From: a bacterium
Lineage (GTDB): Bacteria; Hydrothermota; 32-111
Direction of reading: 5' to 3'
Assembly: GCA_046484245.1 (NCBI GenBank)
Contig: JAWOBN010000116.1
Span: 1-23,026, forward strand
DNA length: 23,026 nt
The notes under the pieces are model-generated. The model worked only from the letters and a program-made list of their open reading frames with translations, was not told the DNA's origin and searched no databases. Of this stretch, positions 1 to 9,085 are shown piece after piece (position 1 is the stretch's first letter; each line of letters opens with the position of its first letter). The translations under genes and the position numbers were made by a program.

Positions 1-504
1 CTTCTCTACTAATTCTCTTTCTCTTGCCTCAAGTTCAATAAACTGTGAACGGAGCTCTTCCTCCACTGCGTGTAATTCTTCCATTGCACTCTCAAGTTGG
101 TACTCATTTGCCTTTATATCTGTTATATCAGTCAAACTGGACATGACAGCTTCCACATGTCCTTTTGAATCATATACAGGTGCTGCATTGAGAAGCAAGT
201 GAATGGATTGCCCTGATTTATTCAATCTCTCAATTTCAATATTCCTCAATACCTCCCCATTAAATACACTGTCAAGTGCTCTGTGGAATTCCTCGGTCTT
301 ATTTTCAGGCACAATAGGCAATACCTTGCCGATAATCTCTTCTGCTTTCCACCCGAGAATATGCTCAGCACCCTTATTCCAGATAGACAGGACCCTGCCG
401 TTTTTATCAAGATCAAAAACAGCATTGGGAGAAGCCTCAATAATGGATATCAGATAATTATTCAGTTTCTGCAGTTCATTATTATAATGTGTAGATCTTT
501 TCAT
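1..504 (-). CDS. PAS-domain sensor protein, N-terminal part (runs off the window's left edge)
   Basis: Not in the ORF track. Manual translation from ATG at 504 is open to base 1: MKRSTHYNNELQKLNNYLISIIEASPNAVFDLDKNGRVLSIWNKGAEHILGWKAEEIIGK...LLLNAAPVYDSKGHVEAVMSSLTDITD followed by a coiled-coil (ELHAVEEELRSQFIELEARERE). This has PAS S-box and PAC (DIT) motifs. The output domain lies outside the window. Confidence 0.9.
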   Translation of the reverse strand, partial: MKRSTHYNNELQKLNNYLISIIEASPNAVFDLDKNGRVLSIWNKGAEHILGWKAEEIIGKVLPIVPENKTEEFHRALDSVFNGEVLRNIEIERLNKSGQSIHLLLNAAPVYDSKGHVEAVMSSLTDITDIKANEYQLESAMEELHAVEEELRSQFIELEARERELVEK

Positions 505-549
505 TTCTTTCCCTTTGTCTTTACTGTATAAATATTTTTATCATACTAA

Positions 550-578
550 ATTATATTGTTTAATCTGCAATTTATCAA
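550..578 (-). promoter_or_regulatory. Putative sigma70-type promoter of the PAS gene
   Basis: Minus strand TTGATA-N17-TATAAT, ending 45 nt upstream of the ATG at 504. Confidence 0.55.
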
Positions 579-832
579 GTCCCGATGTATATTGCATACT
601 GCTGCTATTTCCTTTACTCTATTGATTCTTCTCCAAAAGAGTTGTCTGATTAATCCTGAAACACTTATTGCCAATTAATCAGTATTACACATTGCAGGAA
701 CTATATACACTCTTATAAAATTGCTTTAAATTCTTAGTTATACAGAACAGATCATGATTATGCATGACCAACCCGCATCTTAATTCTAATTTCAACATCT
801 GTCCCTTTGCCCCCTATTTTGTAAAAACACAC

Positions 833-990
833 TCCAAATCCCAGGGACGGTGGTTGCAATTTAAGCAATTTCTGTCCTGCTATTTATCAACTTACAGTGA
901 TGGTCTATTTAAGTTATGTTAATTATGTACTTACAAAATTATACCTTTGTCAATTTGTGCAAATTGCAACCACCGTCCCTGGGAATTGGA
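833..990. mobile_element. Small non-autonomous element (MITE/REPIN-like) with terminal inverted repeats
   Basis: TCCCAGGGACGGTGGTTGCAATTT (839-862) is the exact reverse complement of 961-984. It extends to 30 bp (833-862 / 961-990) with one mismatch. The 98-bp interior is AT-rich and non-coding; no obvious target-site duplication. Confidence 0.65.
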
Positions 991-1058
991 CAAAACGCTA
1001 CTTAATTGCATAAATAACAAGGGTTAGAGTGTGTCTGCAACTGTTTTATGTTTGCTCT

Positions 1059-1937
1059 CTAATATTCCTTCTGTTCCAGCATATCATTCAGAGTTATTTG
1101 AGGATGATGATATCTCTTCTTACCTTCAGAATTCCCGAATTGTATTGCCTCTTCAGGACACCACTGCAGACAGGCAAAACACTGCTCACAATTATGATGC
1201 CAATGCGGTAAGCCATTGTCCATTGTAATATTATCTACCGGGCAAATCCTGCTGCATATACTGCAGGACGAACAATCATTATTCACAGAAAATCCGCTGT
1301 CCATAAGATGTATATAGTCAGGGTATTTCAGATTAGTCCTGCCATTAAAATCAGCAACTTTCAGCCATACCCATTTCTGAAGTGAATTTTTTAGATTGAG
1401 CATATCACCCAGTCTTTCAATGAACTCACTTGAAGTTTCAATTCTCCCTGTTTTTCTGTTCTCTATATAATCAGTTATCTCTGTTTTTCTCTTATCCCAC
1501 TGTTCAAACATATTCCTCTGCTTTTCCTCATTGTCATAATCCAGTCTGAATCTGAATGGGTGAATTATACTGTCAGGGATCATATAATTATACGGCATCT
1601 GCACAGTGAAACCGGCACCCAGAAGGCCGCCCCGGCTTTTTAATTCCTCTTCCAGATATTCCATTGCAAGACAGGGCATATGAGCATAGGTGCCTATTGC
1701 AAATATATATTTGTCCTTGAGATTATTGCACCTCTCAATAAAATCACGCACAATTGCAGGCGGCCCCTGATTATAGATAGGGAATACGAAGCCTAGCACT
1801 TCACTGTCAATAATTATTTCCTTCTTATATTGAAGCAATGGGATTGATATCAGTTCAGCATTGATAATCTCAGCTATATCCCCTGCAACTTTCAGTGAAT
1901 TACCTGTTCCGGAAAAATAGTATACCGTTTTCTTCAT
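1059..1937 (-). CDS. EFR1-family flavodoxin/ferredoxin fusion protein
   Basis: N-terminal flavodoxin motif YYFSGTGNS and FVFPIY; C-terminal 2x[4Fe-4S] motifs CSSCSICSRICP and CEQCFACLQWCP; ends in the RYHHP motif. Confidence 0.9.
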   Translation of the reverse strand: MKKTVYYFSGTGNSLKVAGDIAEIINAELISIPLLQYKKEIIIDSEVLGFVFPIYNQGPPAIVRDFIERCNNLKDKYIFAIGTYAHMPCLAMEYLEEELKSRGGLLGAGFTVQMPYNYMIPDSIIHPFRFRLDYDNEEKQRNMFEQWDKRKTEITDYIENRKTGRIETSSEFIERLGDMLNLKNSLQKWVWLKVADFNGRTNLKYPDYIHLMDSGFSVNNDCSSCSICSRICPVDNITMDNGLPHWHHNCEQCFACLQWCPEEAIQFGNSEGKKRYHHPQITLNDMLEQKEY

Positions 1938-1952
1938 AACTGTCCTTCTTTC

Positions 1953-1988
1953 CTGTCTTTGCGAGGAGCAGAGCGACGCGGCAATCTC
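1953..1988 (+). repeat. CGTC/TGTC-type REP-like palindromic unit
   Basis: CTGTCTTTGCGAGGAGCAGAGCGACGCGGCAATCTC resembles, from memory, the widespread GTCATTGCGAGGAGCGAAGCGACG..GCAATC repeat; TTGC...GCAA stem; single copy in this window. Confidence 0.6.
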
Positions 1989-2010
1989 CTTATCCGCTAT
2001 TCATTCCGAT

Positions 2011-2291
2011 TTCTTGAATCTTGAAACTTGGTTCTTGATTCTGTCTTTGACCATTAACCATAAACCATCAACTCTCAACCCGGCTTCCGGCCGGCAGACT
2101 CCGGTCCCGTGTCTCTTACTTCTCCTCGCTATTCATAGTCCTGTTCTTCCCGCTCAGCAACACGCCCTTGTACTTTGTACATTGTACGGTCCCACTTCTT
2201 CCTGCTCAGCTTTCAGTCTCGTGTTCCCTGTCTCGCGTCCCGTGTCTCGTGTCCCGTGTCTCGCGTCTCGTGTCTCTCACTTCTTCCTGCT
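2011..2291. repeat. Mosaic of degenerate tandem heptamer repeats
   Basis: Successive 7-mer blocks: TTCTTGA/ATCTTGA/AACTTGG/TTCTTGA (2011-2038); TTGACCA/TTAACCA/TAAACCA/TCAACTC/TCAACCC (2047-2081); CCTTGTA/CTTTGTA/CATTGTA (2166-2186); about 9 YGTCYCG-like units (2215-2277). Confidence 0.85.
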
Positions 2292-4473
2292 ACTCCAATA
2301 TTAGCACCTTCACGCTCACCTCCGTCTCACCCATCATGCCTTTGATAAAATACTGGCCTGCCGGATACTGGCTCTTGTCAATGCTTAGTTTTGTGTAGCC
2401 CGATTCTACATCTTTGTTTATGAGTGTTCCGTAATCTCTGCCTGTCTTGTCATAAATATTTACCTTAATTCTTCCAGCATGTTTTAGACCGAAGTACATA
2501 TCTATTGAGGACTGCGTATAATTGATATAATAATTGTTTACTGTTGTTTCAACTGATTCCAATTGTTCTTCATTGATACCCATCAGCATATTCTCCAGTA
2601 TATAAAAATGCCCTGAACCCAAGTATATATAATTGTCCTCTGCATAGACACCGTATGCCTCACCCGGTGTATCGTAGAATGCAATCTCTGCCGGGTTTGC
2701 CGGGTTGGATATGTCTATTACTCTTACTCCACTGCCATAATCAGCCACATAGGCATAGCTGCCAGATACATAGACACCCCATGCAAAGCCCGGTGTGTCA
2801 TAGAAACCCGTCTCTATTGGAGCTGTCGGGTCGGATATATCTATTATTCTTAGTCCATCATAGTAATCAGTAACATAGGCATAACTGCCTGATATATATA
2901 CACCTATTGCATACCCGGGTGTACTTTGGACACCAATCTCTGCAGGAACTGCAGGGTCGGATATATTTACTATTCTCAAACTATCTTCATCAGCAATATA
3001 AGCCAAACTGTCTGATACATGGACATCCCATGCAAAGCCCGGTGTGTCGTAATAACCCGTCTCTGTGGGAGCTGTCGGGTCGGATTTGTCTATTATTCTC
3101 AGGCCGCTGCCTCCATTAGCCACATATGCATAATCACCTGATACGTGGATACCCCTTGCAGAACTCGGCGTATCATAGAAACCGGCCTCTGTGGGAGCTG
3201 TCGGGTCGGATATGTCTATTATTCTGAGGTCTTCATCAGCAAGATAAGCATAATTGCCCGATACATAAACATCTTCTGCATACCCCGTTGTATCATAGAA
3301 TCCCGCTTCTGTGGGAGCTGACGGGTCGGATTTGTCTATTATCCTGAGACCTGCATCATTAGCAGCAATATAGGCATAACTGGCTGACACATCCAAACCT
3401 CTTGAATACCCCGGTGTGTCATAATAACCCGTCTCTGCCGGAACTGCAGGGTCCGATATGTCTATTATTCCCAGGCCCGCATTATCATCAGCAATATAAG
3501 CAAAACTGTCTGATACATAGACACCCTCTGCATATCCCGGTGTATTATAGAACCCCACCTCTGTGGGAGCTTGCGGGTCGGATATGTTTATTATTCTGAG
3601 ACCACCGGTATCATCAGCCACATAAGCCAAACTGTCTGATACATAAACTCCGGTTGCATACCCGGGTGTATCGTAATAGCCTGTTTCTGTGAGTGATGCC
3701 GGATCGGATATGTCTATTATTCCCAGGCCCGCATTATCATCAGCAATATAAGCCAAACTGTCTGATACATAAACATCAAATGCATATCCCTGTGTAATAT
3801 GATATCCGGACTCTGTCGGGTTAGCCGGGTCGGATATGTTTATTATTCTTAGACCAAAACTATAGTCAGCCACATAAGCAAAGCTGTCTGATACATGGAC
3901 ACTCCATGCGTGTCCCGGTGTATTATAGTATCCCACCTCTGTCGGGGTTGACGGGTCGGATATGTCTATTATTCTCAGACCACTGCCATGATCAGCCACA
4001 TATGCCAAACTGTCTGATACATAGACACCTTTTGCGAGTCCCGGTGTATTATAGAAGCCCGCCTCTGCCGGTTCTGACGGGTCGGATATGTCAATTATTC
4101 TTACACCTGCATCTTCATTAGCAACATATGCATAATCACCTGATACATGGACATCTTTTGCATACCTTGTTGTCCATATATCGCCAAGCAGTATTGGATT
4201 TGTTTCATCTTTTATGTTTAATATCACTAAACTATACCCCATGCATACATAAGCAAGCGTATCAACTGTAGTAACATTTACACAGTTTCCAAAAAACGGA
4301 ACCCTCACTATACCCTTAATATTCAAACTGTCTGTTGACCACTTTGCCTCACTGCTCTTGTCTGTTGTCTGAGTATGATCTGGAGAAGAATGCTCCGGTT
4401 CTAAAATCCCGCCCAATCCATAAATGCTTACAATCATTATGATAGTTAAAACCAATAACATTATCTTTTTCAT
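2290..4473 (-). CDS. Secreted LVIVD-repeat (beta-propeller) protein with C-terminal T9SS/Por-type sorting domain
   Basis: Start at ATG 4473 preferred (GGAGGAG RBS; signal peptide MKKIMLLVLTIIMIVSIYG); the ORF-track ATG at 4509 is an alternative. About 14 repeats of ~42 aa (GYAxGVYVSDSLAYVADxxxGLRIIDISDPxxPTExGxYDTP). C-terminal IKVNIYDKTGR...YPAGQYFIK...KVLILE tail. Confidence 0.9.
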   Translation of the reverse strand: MKKIMLLVLTIIMIVSIYGLGGILEPEHSSPDHTQTTDKSSEAKWSTDSLNIKGIVRVPFFGNCVNVTTVDTLAYVCMGYSLVILNIKDETNPILLGDIWTTRYAKDVHVSGDYAYVANEDAGVRIIDISDPSEPAEAGFYNTPGLAKGVYVSDSLAYVADHGSGLRIIDISDPSTPTEVGYYNTPGHAWSVHVSDSFAYVADYSFGLRIINISDPANPTESGYHITQGYAFDVYVSDSLAYIADDNAGLGIIDISDPASLTETGYYDTPGYATGVYVSDSLAYVADDTGGLRIINISDPQAPTEVGFYNTPGYAEGVYVSDSFAYIADDNAGLGIIDISDPAVPAETGYYDTPGYSRGLDVSASYAYIAANDAGLRIIDKSDPSAPTEAGFYDTTGYAEDVYVSGNYAYLADEDLRIIDISDPTAPTEAGFYDTPSSARGIHVSGDYAYVANGGSGLRIIDKSDPTAPTETGYYDTPGFAWDVHVSDSLAYIADEDSLRIVNISDPAVPAEIGVQSTPGYAIGVYISGSYAYVTDYYDGLRIIDISDPTAPIETGFYDTPGFAWGVYVSGSYAYVADYGSGVRVIDISNPANPAEIAFYDTPGEAYGVYAEDNYIYLGSGHFYILENMLMGINEEQLESVETTVNNYYINYTQSSIDMYFGLKHAGRIKVNIYDKTGRDYGTLINKDVESGYTKLSIDKSQYPAGQYFIKGMMGETEVSVKVLILE
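2665..4167 (-). repeat. Intragenic tandem array of 12 well-conserved ~126-bp LVIVD units
   Basis: 1503 nt = 501 aa = ten 42-aa units plus one 40-aa and one 41-aa unit; degenerate units on each side. Confidence 0.9.
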
Positions 4474-4515
4474 AACTCCTCCATAATTAATATATATATC
4501 ATTTTTCATATCACT

Positions 4516-4543
4516 ATTTTAATAATTCACCCCAAACAGTCAA
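4516..4543 (-). promoter_or_regulatory. Putative sigma70-type promoter of the LVIVD gene
   Basis: Minus strand TTGACT-N16-TAAAAT. Confidence 0.6.
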
Positions 4544-4594
4544 GCATATTCTATCTTCAAATCCCCTGCTCTTGGCATGCTATTCACATTTTTC

Positions 4595-4720
4595 CGCATC
4601 ACGCACTACGCAACACGCATTACGAGACGATAGCCGGCAGCTGATAGCTGAAGGCAGAAAGAGCAAACTTGTTTGCGATTTCTCGCGTCCCGCGTCTCGT
4701 GTCTCGTGACTCTTACTTCT
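4595..4720. repeat. Second heptamer-repeat mosaic, able to fold back
   Basis: CGCATCA/CGCACTA/CGCAACA/CGCATTA; ATAGCCG/GCAGCTG/ATAGCTG; TTTCTCG/CGTCCCG/CGTCTCG/TGTCTCG/TGACTCT/TACTTCT. ACGAGACG (4622-4629) is complementary to CGTCTCGT (4693-4700), with an inner hairpin GCAAAC-TT-GTTTGC. Confidence 0.8.
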
Positions 4721-4734
4721 CTACCTGGTATATA

Positions 4735-6813
4735 TCACCAATTATCAACAGTAAAATCCCTGCGTATTTTCTGAAGAGCCCGTACTATGGGATAGACAGA
4801 AGAAAAATTCTCATAGAAGACAAAGAAATGATACCTGTATTTTCCAGCCACCTTCTCTACAATCATTGGAACAGGAGGGAATATATCTGTTGAATCTGCT
4901 GAGAGACGCCGGAAATGCTCATGTATCTCCCCTATTGCCTTCAATGCCTTGTCTTTGCCCTTATCCTTGACCATTACCCGGAGCATTCTTCTGAATGGCG
5001 GGAAACCTGCTGATTTCCTCCTCTCCAGTTCCCTGTCAAGAAAACCCCTGTAATCAAGATCATATATGTATTTCTCCAAATGCTCCAGATTGCCCATTGT
5101 CTCAATGAGTATCTCGCCCTTATGCTGCCTTCTTCCTGCCCTGCCTGCTGTCTGCACCAGTAGCTGCATAAAGTACTCCTCACTCCTGAAATCAGGCATA
5201 TTGACTGTACTGTCAGCATTGAACATTATTACTGTGTGCACACCCGGTATGTCATAGCCCTTGGAAACAATCTGTGTGCCTATCAGTATGTCTGTACGCC
5301 CGTCAATCATGGACTGGATCACTTCCATGCGCTTGCCCTTCCTGGAAGCAGCATCAAGGTCAAGACGCTCAATATGAGCCTGCTGATACATCTTGCCTAT
5401 CAGCTCCTCTACCTTTTGAGTGCCCCATACTCCTGTTGTTCTGAGCGCACCGCTGCAATGAGGGCATTTCGCATCAGCATCCTCTGTCCTGCCGCAGTAA
5501 TGGCAAATAAATTGATGCTTATCCCTGTGATAGGAGAAAGAAACGGAACAGTCAGGGCATTTATAATATTCCCCGCACTGGGAACATATATAGAGATTCA
5601 TATATCCCCGTCTGTTCAGAAATATTATTGTCTGTTTTTTATTCCTCAGATTATCCGCTATCTTGTCTGTCACCTGTACTGAGAGATGTCCGGGCATTAT
5701 ATCCTTTCTGATTATACTTATATCGGGTTTTGGGGACTCAATGAACTTATGCTTCAGTTCCAGTAAGGTGTATTTATCATTCCGGGCATTATACCATGAT
5801 TCAATGGATGGTGTTGCTGAAACAAGCAATGCAGGCGCTGAGTGAATACGGGCTGCATATATTGCAGAGTCCCTGCCATTGTAATTGGGCGCTGAATCTG
5901 TCTGTTTGAAGGAGAGGTCCTGTTCCTCGTCAATTATCACAAGACCTATATTGCTCAGTGGAGCAAAAACAGCTGACCGTGTCCCCACTACAATGCGCTT
6001 GCTGCCCTTTGATATCTCATTGATAAAATGATACCTCTCGCCGTCAGAGAGTTCTGAGTGTATCAATGCTGTATCTGACTGCCCGAATTGCCTGAGAACC
6101 CTCTTGTACACAATCTCGGCAAGACCTATTTCCGGAAGAAGCAGCAGTATATTCTTGTCAGTATTATCTATTACAGACTGCATCAGTTTGAGGAATACCT
6201 CACTCTTGCCTGATGAAGGCGGACCGTAGAGAAGAAATGACCTGTGCGTTCCCAGTGAAGAGAGAACAGCATTATACGCGTCTTCCTGTTCACTGTTCAG
6301 CTTGACATCAAATTTCTCCGGCGGATTATAGGCAAAGACACTCTCTTCAATAGCGCCCTCTTCAATAAGCCTGTCAACTGTCTTGGCATTGATGCCCTTG
6401 ACAGCTGTCAGGCCCGATCTGGAGAGGGGCTGTTTCATTGTTTTTTCTTTGATTATGTCAAGTACGGGACTTTCCCCGCTCCTGTATGCATATCTCTTAA
6501 TATTCTTTGTCAGTGACGGCAGGATATTCCGCAGCACACTGCCCATTGTTGACAGATAGTATCTGGCAATCCACTCAATCAGCTCAATGTACTTTTCAGG
6601 GCAAGTGCCGCTCAGATGAATGGATTCAACGGGTTTGACATTCCTTATATCCGTATTATCCATTGTTTCCATTACAAGGCCGTATGTCTGTCTGCCCCTG
6701 AAATGGACTGTGACAATACTGCCCCTCTCTACTGCTTCCTGCAAATCCCCCGGTACTGTGTATATAAACTGTTTGTCCAGATTGACGGGAATAAGTACAT
6801 TGCAGTATTTCAC
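4735..6813 (-). CDS. priA: Primosomal protein N' (replication restart helicase)
   Basis: N-terminal 3'-DNA-binding domain; Walker A GPPSSGKS; IIDEEQD; LNRRGY; four CxxC zinc-binding pairs; PDFRSEE; QTAGRAGR; GTG start with GGAGG RBS. Confidence 0.95.
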   Translation of the reverse strand: MKYCNVLIPVNLDKQFIYTVPGDLQEAVERGSIVTVHFRGRQTYGLVMETMDNTDIRNVKPVESIHLSGTCPEKYIELIEWIARYYLSTMGSVLRNILPSLTKNIKRYAYRSGESPVLDIIKEKTMKQPLSRSGLTAVKGINAKTVDRLIEEGAIEESVFAYNPPEKFDVKLNSEQEDAYNAVLSSLGTHRSFLLYGPPSSGKSEVFLKLMQSVIDNTDKNILLLLPEIGLAEIVYKRVLRQFGQSDTALIHSELSDGERYHFINEISKGSKRIVVGTRSAVFAPLSNIGLVIIDEEQDLSFKQTDSAPNYNGRDSAIYAARIHSAPALLVSATPSIESWYNARNDKYTLLELKHKFIESPKPDISIIRKDIMPGHLSVQVTDKIADNLRNKKQTIIFLNRRGYMNLYICSQCGEYYKCPDCSVSFSYHRDKHQFICHYCGRTEDADAKCPHCSGALRTTGVWGTQKVEELIGKMYQQAHIERLDLDAASRKGKRMEVIQSMIDGRTDILIGTQIVSKGYDIPGVHTVIMFNADSTVNMPDFRSEEYFMQLLVQTAGRAGRRQHKGEILIETMGNLEHLEKYIYDLDYRGFLDRELERRKSAGFPPFRRMLRVMVKDKGKDKALKAIGEIHEHFRRLSADSTDIFPPVPMIVEKVAGKYRYHFFVFYENFSSVYPIVRALQKIRRDFTVDNW

Positions 6814-7442
6814 AATGCCTCCATTATCCTGGAGAATGTTTCTACTGGAATATCCATAAGGAGTGACGGACTGTAATTAAGCAGTATATAGAGGATAATG
6901 GAGAAGAATGAGATTGAAAAGAGTATCAGTGTAAGAGAGAGCAGATACCCGTACTTCTTCAGGTCAGGCTGATTGTCAACCCTGAGGTCAGCAATGACAA
7001 TATATATGAACTGAAAGTAGAATGCGCCTGCAATAAAACAGGCAGGCATATAATATATATCCTTTATGAGAAGGAACAGTATGCCTACAATAATTACAGG
7101 CAATGGCACTGTATATGGGGCAAGGGCTATGAGGGGATTGATTCTGCTCGTCTTTATCTCCCCTCCTGATTTCATTGTGGAATGGAATGAATAGACCTTT
7201 GTGAATGTTATGAATGAAAATATCAGATGCGTGTATTCATGGGTGAATGTCTCAATGAATTCAAAGAATTCGGATATCTTCTTTATGAATAATCTCAATA
7301 TGAGAAATACTGTGCCGCCTGCAAGGAATACAAGGAAGTAGTCACTTGCACTGAATGAAAAATTATCTGCAGTAATGAAATAGAAAACGGACATGAGGGT
7401 GTAGATTATTGTAATTGTATAGAATACAATTGAAAGAATCAT
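6810..7442 (-). CDS. M50(B)-like membrane zinc metallopeptidase
   Basis: Several hydrophobic helices with HExxH (HEYTH), IALAPY motif and a downstream Asp (QPDL). Confidence 0.7.
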   Translation of the reverse strand: MILSIVFYTITIIYTLMSVFYFITADNFSFSASDYFLVFLAGGTVFLILRLFIKKISEFFEFIETFTHEYTHLIFSFITFTKVYSFHSTMKSGGEIKTSRINPLIALAPYTVPLPVIIVGILFLLIKDIYYMPACFIAGAFYFQFIYIVIADLRVDNQPDLKKYGYLLSLTLILFSISFFSIILYILLNYSPSLLMDIPVETFSRIMEAL

Positions 7443-9085
7443 TTCTTGTCCAGTAATGCCCTGGCATGCTCCACTGCTGTACCCCGGGCAATGGATGCAC
7501 CGAGGAGACGCGCTATTTCATTCACTCTCTTCTCACTGTCAATATGTTTAATATCTATGTCATTGTCCTGTTTACTGACAAAGAGATGCCTGCTGCCTGC
7601 TGCTGCAATCTGGGGGAGATGGGTTATCACTATGAGCTGCTTGTCGGATGAGAGTTTCTTCATCATATCTGCAGCCATCTCTGCTGTCTTGCCGCTTATT
7701 CCCGTGTCAATCTCATCAAACACCATTGTTGTGACAGGATCACTCACTGTCAGCGTGCTCTTCATTGCCAGCATTATCCTTGAGAGTTCACCGCCTGAGG
7801 CAATATCCTTAAGCGGCATGCCGTCTCTATTGAACCTGTTCTTCAGCAGGAATTCTATCCTGTCGCAGCCGTATCGTTCATACCGGTCTTCATCATAATC
7901 AATGTCCACCTTGAGTGATGAATCCTTCATATTGAGGTCCCTCAGAGCCTTATTGACACTCTCTTCAAATTGCCTTGACACCTCGGAGCGTTTCTCATGA
8001 AGCATTGCGCTGATTGTTTTCATGTTTTTAAGTGTGTCTGACATTGCCTTTTCAACACCGTGCAGCTTTTCCTCGGGGAAATTGATAACAGATATCTTCT
8101 CTTCCAGTTTATTCCTGTAGCCTATCAATCCGTCCTTATCCATATTGTATTTGCGTTTTAATGCATCCAGTTTTCCCACTTTATCTCTGAGAACAGCAAG
8201 TTCTTCCTCATCCAGATAGAATGCATCCTCAAGAGAGACAATCTCAGATGATATTTCCTCAGCATTGACCCTTATCTGCTGAGCGAGTTTTCTGATACTG
8301 TCTATACCTGTATGAGTGGATTTTATGGATTTTGCCCTCTTCTCTATCTCAGTGGCAAAATTGAGCAGATTATATTCCTGCTCTGATTCTGTCAATTCAT
8401 AAATCTCTGACAGTATCTGCTTGATATCCTCATAATTCTCCATTTCATAGAGACGCTTTGAGATGGTCTCCTCATCAATTTTATCCAGGTCAATACTGCT
8501 GAGCTCCTGCAGTGCATATTCAATATACTCCTTCTCTTTCCTGAATTCCTCTATATCTCTGGATATCCGGGCTTTCTGTTCCTTCAGGTCATTGTACTTG
8601 TCCAGCAGCGCCATATACTCAGCAATATTCTCCTCATTGCCTGCAACTGTATCTATGATACGCCTCTGATTGATATTGCTCAGAAGGAGCTGATGCTCAT
8701 GCTGACCATGCATATCAACAAGCACATTCCCAACCCCCTTCAGTATCTTCAGTGTAACAGGATTGTCATTGATATATGCCCTTGAATGTCCCGAGGGATT
8801 AATAACACGCCGGATAATCAATGGATTATCCGCTTCAATGTCAATGGATGCAAGCTGCTCAATAATGGAGTAATCCACTTCAAAGACACCTGTTATCTGT
8901 GTCTTCTTTGAGGGGTCTTTTATTTTGGACATATCTGCCCTTTCACCGAGAATCAGTGAAAGTGCATTGATAAGCAGTGTCTTGCCGGCACCTGTCTCAC
9001 CTGTTATGACATTGAACCGGGGTCCCGGTTCTATGGATAATTTATCTATTACAGCATAATTGACAATACTGAGTTCCTTCAGCAT
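7439..9085 (-). CDS. recN: DNA repair protein RecN
   Basis: GETGAGKT Walker A, HGQHEHQ, long coiled coil, [31 protein letters not shown]; directly follows nadK. Confidence 0.95.
   Translation of the reverse strand: MLKELSIVNYAVIDKLSIEPGPRFNVITGETGAGKTLLINALSLILGERADMSKIKDPSKKTQITGVFEVDYSIIEQLASIDIEADNPLIIRRVINPSGHSRAYINDNPVTLKILKGVGNVLVDMHGQHEHQLLLSNINQRRIIDTVAGNEENIAEYMALLDKYNDLKEQKARISRDIEEFRKEKEYIEYALQELSSIDLDKIDEETISKRLYEMENYEDIKQILSEIYELTESEQEYNLLNFATEIEKRAKSIKSTHTGIDSIRKLAQQIRVNAEEISSEIVSLEDAFYLDEEELAVLRDKVGKLDALKRKYNMDKDGLIGYRNKLEEKISVINFPEEKLHGVEKAMSDTLKNMKTISAMLHEKRSEVSRQFEESVNKALRDLNMKDSSLKVDIDYDEDRYERYGCDRIEFLLKNRFNRDGMPLKDIASGGELSRIMLAMKSTLTVSDPVTTMVFDEIDTGISGKTAEMAADMMKKLSSDKQLIVITHLPQIAAAGSRHLFVSKQDNDIDIKHIDSEKRVNEIARLLGASIARGTAVEHARALLDKK

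Noticed and set aside
203..531. Short ORFs 203-457, 246-440 and 283-531
   Set aside because: They overlap the PAS-domain gene (1-504, minus), which has clear domain motifs
622..633. TTGATTCTTCTC shared with 16623-16634, and TTCTCACTGAAGA at 14331 and 15341
   Set aside because: Isolated 12-13-bp matches are expected by chance in 23 kb of AT-rich DNA; no convincing extension
2014..2398. ORF-track ORFs 2014-2304 and 2168-2398 (VSRVPCLASRVS...)
   Set aside because: Translations of the heptamer tract; no RBS and low-complexity products
2655..4121. Repeated plus-strand ORFs and a regular ~126-bp periodicity resembling a CRISPR array or DGR template/variable repeats
   Set aside because: Antisense shadows of the LVIVD coding repeats; no unique spacers, cas genes or reverse transcriptase, and no adenine-specific mismatch pattern seen
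4735..4737. UGA readthrough or alternative genetic code at the priA end
   Set aside because: TGA is a normal stop for prmC, recN and other genes here; readthrough would enter repeat sequence
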